Below the pieces are notes generated by a model. It was not told the origin of the DNA. It saw only the letters and a list, made by a program, of their open reading frames with translations, and did no database searches. A stretch of DNA of 32,431 nt. Origin: a virus. Position 1 is the stretch's first letter, and each line of letters begins with the position of its first letter. The translations under genes were made by a program, and so were the position numbers. The stretch lies in IMG/VR virus record IMGVR_UViG_3300035042_000032; one strand, 5' to 3'. Positions 29,584 to 32,431 of the stretch are shown piece by piece.

Positions 29584-29898
29584 TTACTCCTTATCAATCC
29601 AATCCACTTCACCAGTAATAACTATTTGCCGTTTGCCTGTCGCATACTTGATAAATCCGTATTCATTTTCAGTTGGCTTTGGTGTTACTGTCATTTCCAT
29701 ATCGGCAAGATGAAACCCATACCCTATGAGAAACTTCTTAACCTCCTCTAGAAATTCATCTGGGGCAAAAGACCCATTTCTTTATATGGTGTTTGATATT
29801 TCAGAATCCGCTTTTTTGAACTCTTCTGAACTAACACCGGATTGTGCAATAATCTCACTAATAGCAAGCGCATTCTGTTGTAACTCTTTGTTTGTCAT
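29584..29898 (-). pseudogene. ORF interrupted by one in-frame TAA (29782-29784): 38 codons, stop, then 65 codons
   Basis: ATG 29898 behind AAAGGAGGGTAAAAGCA gives MTNKELQQNALAISEIIAQSGVSSEEFKKADSEISNTI*. The same frame continues RNGSFAPDEFLEEVKKFLIGYGFHLADMEMTVTPKPTENEYGFIKYATGKRQIVITGEVDWIDKE*. The distal part has no RBS or convincing start of its own. Confidence 0.5.
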
Positions 29899-30049
29899 TT
29901 GCTTTTACCCTCCTTTTAAGTTTATTGACTTGTCTTATTGCTATTCCAATAGTATTGCTGTTGTATGAAGGGTCATTTTGTAAATAGCCTATTGGCGATA
30001 TAGCTTTTAACGTTCTTTTTAATACCTTAACCGCAACTCGTTTTTTCAT
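29858..30049 (-). CDS. Hypothetical basic protein (63 aa)
   Basis: ATG 30049 behind AGGAGGGTG, overlapping the Lar-like stop (TGATG). The last 41 nt overlap the next ORF's RBS and start. Confidence 0.45.
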   Translation of the reverse strand: MKKRVAVKVLKRTLKAISPIGYLQNDPSYNSNTIGIAIRQVNKLKRRVKANDKQRVTTECACY

Positions 30050-30411
30050 CACACCCTCCTGTTCCAAGCGTCGATGGCTTGTTGCCTGTCATGCCACCAA
30101 CCAACTTCGATCAAAACACTGCACTCATGCTCAACAGTGTAGATTGCTTCATCATTCTCATCGGATTCTTCTATCAAATCTGGATACTCTTTACAGAAAG
30201 GACAAGGCAAGCACCCATCCTCATTCAGCACACCAAGGTCTTTGATAATCATGGTCATACAATCAAAATCACGCTCACTCTGGTTGTGGTCTGAACACCA
30301 TATTGATGTACAGAAAACACAACCACTACATTTGTTGGTCTGCTTGACTGCTTTGACCATGTGAGGCTTCCCGTCAATCTCTTCGACCCACTGTTCGCCT
30401 AACTTTCTCAT
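30049..30411 (-). CDS. Cys-rich protein with C-terminal Lar-family (restriction-alleviation) domain
   Basis: LPCPFCKEYPDL...YTVEHECSVLIEVGWWHDRQQAIDAWNRRV matches the Lar pattern (CPFCG...C..C...EAi..WN+R). AAAGGAG RBS. Confidence 0.65.
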   Translation of the reverse strand: MRKLGEQWVEEIDGKPHMVKAVKQTNKCSGCVFCTSIWCSDHNQSERDFDCMTMIIKDLGVLNEDGCLPCPFCKEYPDLIEESDENDEAIYTVEHECSVLIEVGWWHDRQQAIDAWNRRV

Positions 30412-30801
30412 TCAATACTCCTTTCCATGCTTGTGAGGTCTTGACTCGTTGTATTTCATCTTTGCCTTGATGTGCGATTCCAGGTCAATGCCAAGATATC
30501 CACACATGTCTGCTACACGAATAACCACATCTGCAAGCTCGTCTTCGAAAGTGTCCTTGACCTTCTCGATGAACATCATGTCGAAGGTATCTGCATCATC
30601 GTCTGTCTTTCTGTTTGCGTAGATTGATAACCATTCGGTATCCTTCCGATCAAAACGCTTTCCCTTCCTATCCGCTTCCAACGCTTCCCCCAACTCTGAG
30701 ACAATGAGCATGAGCATTTCCCCGATGTTCTGTCCCCTGTGGTGAAAGCCATGCTTGAGCGCATTAGCAAACGCTTTGTCCTGCATCTTCTTGATGGTCA
30801 T
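30412..30801 (-). CDS. mazG: MazG-like nucleoside triphosphate pyrophosphohydrolase
   Basis: IGEMLMLIVSELGEALEA...KDTFEDELADVVIRVADMCGYLGIDLESHIKAKMKYNESRPHKHGKEY. Start at ATG 30801 behind AAGGAGGAATC. Confidence 0.8.
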   Translation of the reverse strand: MTIKKMQDKAFANALKHGFHHRGQNIGEMLMLIVSELGEALEADRKGKRFDRKDTEWLSIYANRKTDDDADTFDMMFIEKVKDTFEDELADVVIRVADMCGYLGIDLESHIKAKMKYNESRPHKHGKEY

Positions 30802-30814
30802 GATTCCTCCTTGT

Positions 30815-30852
30815 AGAAAAATGGTCGGGGAGAAGCTAAGCAACTCCCCACC
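30815..30852 (-). terminator. Intrinsic-terminator-like hairpin 13 nt upstream of the mazG start
   Basis: GGUGGGGAG-11 nt-CUCCCCGACC (9 bp with one bulge) followed by AUUUUUCU. Confidence 0.65.
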
Positions 30853-30954
30853 ATAGCTCTTTGCTAGTCACTTGGAGCGTCCAAGTCGTATCAATGCCAT
30901 TCTATGGTAGACTTACCCGCCGTTCTCCGAAAAGATACGGTGCGCTTGTAACAA

Positions 30955-30983
30955 ATTATACCATGGTTTTACTAAACTTCCAA
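30955..30983 (-). promoter_or_regulatory. Strong sigma70 promoter with extended -10
   Basis: Minus strand TTGGAA (30983-30978), 17 nt, TGgTATAAT (-10 at 30960-30955). The -35 overlaps the last codons of ORF 30972..31220. Confidence 0.65.
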
Positions 30984-31220
30984 GACATACTTTTGCGCTC
31001 TTTCGATAATTTCCATTGTCCTATTGAGCAATGCAAACATTTCACCAGACATGTTATCTGGTATTGCTTCCCCCTTTACATCGGTGCATGCAACACCAAA
31101 ATACTTTTCCCTCCTGTCTACAACTATCCTATCAAGGGAGACAGCCATTTCGTAAGTCCTGCCAATGATTGACCTCAAATCGTCCATAAAACCCTGCGCT
31201 GCTTTTGCTTCTTCATTCAT
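30972..31220 (-). CDS. Hypothetical protein (82 aa)
   Basis: AAGGGGATTTT RBS. Confidence 0.65.
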   Translation of the reverse strand: MNEEAKAAQGFMDDLRSIIGRTYEMAVSLDRIVVDRREKYFGVACTDVKGEAIPDNMSGEMFALLNRTMEIIERAQKYVLEV

Positions 31221-31236
31221 AAAATCCCCTTTGTGC

Positions 31237-31677
31237 TTATAGCACTGATAAATCGTATCTACAATGCACCCTCATTTTTCTCTGTGGGATACATAGCCCA
31301 TATTCCCTGCAAGTCTCGATTGATAGGCTTGCCCTTGTTTGTAGCTCTTCTCTGACCGTCTCAGCACCTATTAACCATGTCTCGTTTTGATCACGAAAGT
31401 TGATGATAAAAGCAGGGATGGTGCCTACTTGATTAATATCCGCCAACTTGTCCGCTTGCTTCAAGCAGCTTGCCGGAACGCTCTTACCCTTGTGGCTCTT
31501 TAGCTCTAGCAAGTACAGAGTGCGCCTAGAAAACACAAGACAGTCACAGAGGTTGGAGGAAGTGAAGCGTAGGTCGCTAGATGTTGACCACCCTCCTGCG
31601 TCCTTCAGCCTTAAGTAGAGTTGATCGGGAAGAACGCTTGCCTTGAAGTCTGCTTCGAACTGCTTACCTGGTTTCAT
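31237..31677 (-). CDS. RecU-like Holliday junction resolvase (PD-(D/E)XK)
   Basis: GKQFEADFKASV...CDCLVFSRRTLYLLELKSHKGKSVP...Q...IPAFIINFRDQNETWLI parallels the RecU D...ExK core and layout. Start at ATG 31677 behind GGGAGGAAGC. Confidence 0.6.
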   Translation of the reverse strand: MKPGKQFEADFKASVLPDQLYLRLKDAGGWSTSSDLRFTSSNLCDCLVFSRRTLYLLELKSHKGKSVPASCLKQADKLADINQVGTIPAFIINFRDQNETWLIGAETVREELQTRASLSIETCREYGLCIPQRKMRVHCRYDLSVL

Positions 31678-31831
31678 GCTTCCTCCCATGTTGCATTGCA
31701 TTTATCTCATCAAACGACCTTCCAAGAATCTTTCCATCTTTCTTTGCATCGACCTTACATTTCTTTGTCTGTTCTTCATCTAATTTGCAATAGTCTTTAT
31801 GCTTGCAATCTTTTTGACAATATTTGTTCAT
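31664..31831 (-). CDS. Hypothetical Lys/Cys-rich protein (55 aa), below the ORF-track cutoff
   Basis: ATG 31831, 7 nt after GAGGAG; MNKYCQKDCKHKDYCKLDEEQTKKCKVDAKKDGKILGRSFDEINAMQHGRKHETR. Fills the 31702-31834 gap. Confidence 0.45.
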   Translation of the reverse strand: MNKYCQKDCKHKDYCKLDEEQTKKCKVDAKKDGKILGRSFDEINAMQHGRKHETR

Positions 31832-31834
31832 TGC

Positions 31835-32029
31835 TTAGCTCCTCGAAAAATCCGCTGTCTTGGTTATTCTGTTTAGGCAAAGAGCAATACTGGTTGCTTG
31901 ATATTTTGTAAAATAGATGATGTCCTTATCCCCATTGTGATAGAAAGCTCCTTCCTCACCGAGGTACATTTCCTTGCCACGAATATTGGCCTTGACTCGA
32001 TACACTCTCAGTTCATCGTCCATTTTCAT
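31835..32029 (-). CDS. Hypothetical protein (64 aa)
   Basis: Start set at ATG 32029 behind GGGAGGACAAGCA. Confidence 0.6.
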   Translation of the reverse strand: MKMDDELRVYRVKANIRGKEMYLGEEGAFYHNGDKDIIYFTKYQATSIALCLNRITKTADFSRS

Positions 32030-32148
32030 TGCTTGTCCTCCCATCCATCCGGTATATATTCTTCTGATTCCTCAACACCCATTAACTCTTCCCAATACTG
32101 GTCGAATCCTTCAGCTTCAACACATGATTCAGTTTCATTGTCCCACAT
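32026..32148 (-). CDS. Hypothetical very acidic protein (40 aa), below the ORF-track cutoff
   Basis: ATG 32148 behind GGGAGGGTTAAT; MWDNETESCVEAEGFDQYWEELMGVEESEEYIPDGWEDKQ. ATGA overlap with the next gene. Confidence 0.45.
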   Translation of the reverse strand: MWDNETESCVEAEGFDQYWEELMGVEESEEYIPDGWEDKQ

Positions 32149-32149
32149 A

Positions 32150-32431
32150 TTAACCCTCCCATTCATCGGGCAGGGTGAGGGAGTCCTTCCAGTCGCCGGA
32201 GTAATCTAATTCAATAGGAAGGAAACTAAAACGACCCTCAGTCGACATCCAGTATCCTGCTTCTTCAGCAAGCACTGGTTCTTTGACATATACCCACCAT
32301 AGTTTATCTTGGTCTTGTGCTACAATAAGCCCAAGAACATTAGCCACCTCTTTGGGTTTTTTCATCCCACCACTCATCAGCCTATCATAGGCTTCGGCTT
32401 TTTCTTTGAGGGCAGAGATTTCATCACACTG
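32150..32431 (-). CDS. Hypothetical protein, 3' part of the origin-spanning gene (see 1..172)
   Basis: The frame of ORF 32150..32377 stays open to the window end. The true ATG is at 172 of the repeated copy. Confidence 0.6.
   Translation of the reverse strand, partial: QCDEISALKEKAEAYDRLMSGGMKKPKEVANVLGLIVAQDQDKLWWVYVKEPVLAEEAGYWMSTEGRFSFLPIELDYSGDWKDSLTLPDEWEG
32305..32431. repeat. Terminal direct repeat (copy 2), identical to 1..127
   Basis: 127/127 identity read directly. Confidence 0.95.

Noticed and set aside
29524-29968. Two plus-strand ORFs (29524..29751, 29726..29968) in the region that lacks a long minus-strand ORF
   Set aside because: Their products are hydrophobic or low-complexity, and neither has an RBS. 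The minus strand here carries an RBS-led frame that is open except for one TAA, which explains the apparent gap.
1-32431. Genome-wide stop-codon reassignment, prompted by the in-frame TAA at 29782-29784
   Set aside because: All large structural and replication genes are uninterrupted under the standard code, and TAA, TAG and TGA all serve as terminal stops of well-defined genes. The event is local.

Overview
The window is a complete ~32.3-kb tailed-phage genome that closes on itself. Bases 1-127 repeat exactly at 32305-32431, so the unique length is 32,304 bp. Every credible gene is on the minus strand, tightly packed, mostly with AGGAGG-type ribosome-binding sites. Plus-strand ORFs in the track look like antisense artefacts.

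Late operon, read down the minus strand. It starts at a consensus promoter (29217-29190) and ends at a terminator (8494-8460). It encodes terS, terL, portal, a Mu-F-like head protein, scaffold, major capsid and connectors. Then come two tandem major-tail paralogues, a -1 frameshifted tail chaperone, an 895-aa tape measure and tail-tip/fibre genes. It finishes with a C-type-lectin/FGE-fold fibre whose C-terminus looks like a DGR variable region, holin-like membrane proteins, overlapped i/o-spanins and two small genes.

Early/replication-recombination region. It starts at promoters at 8552-8390, wraps across base 1, and ends at a terminator at 29262-29231. It encodes small ORFs, three HNH proteins, a DnaD-like initiator and a DnaC-like loader. 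It also encodes a Sak4-like ATPase, a PD-(D/E)XK exonuclease, SSB, a RecU-like resolvase, MazG and a Lar-like protein.

I saw no integrase, repressor, tRNA, CRISPR array, reverse transcriptase or recognisable endolysin.

Most noteworthy observations:
- A decayed or orphan diversity-generating retroelement: target gene plus a 53-aa Avd stub, with no TR or RT.
- Three loci where a strong promoter is followed by a structured leader and a hairpin/U-tract before the first gene.
- One of those hairpins buries the RBS of an AT-rich HNH-AP2 homing endonuclease.
- A consensus promoter placed so that terS mRNA would be leaderless.
- An ORF interrupted by one in-frame TAA.
- Iteron-like repeats inside the initiator gene.
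- An AT-rich fibre-tip plus signal-peptide-protein cassette in the tail operon.

All functional calls rest on motif recognition by eye; no database search or folding program was run.
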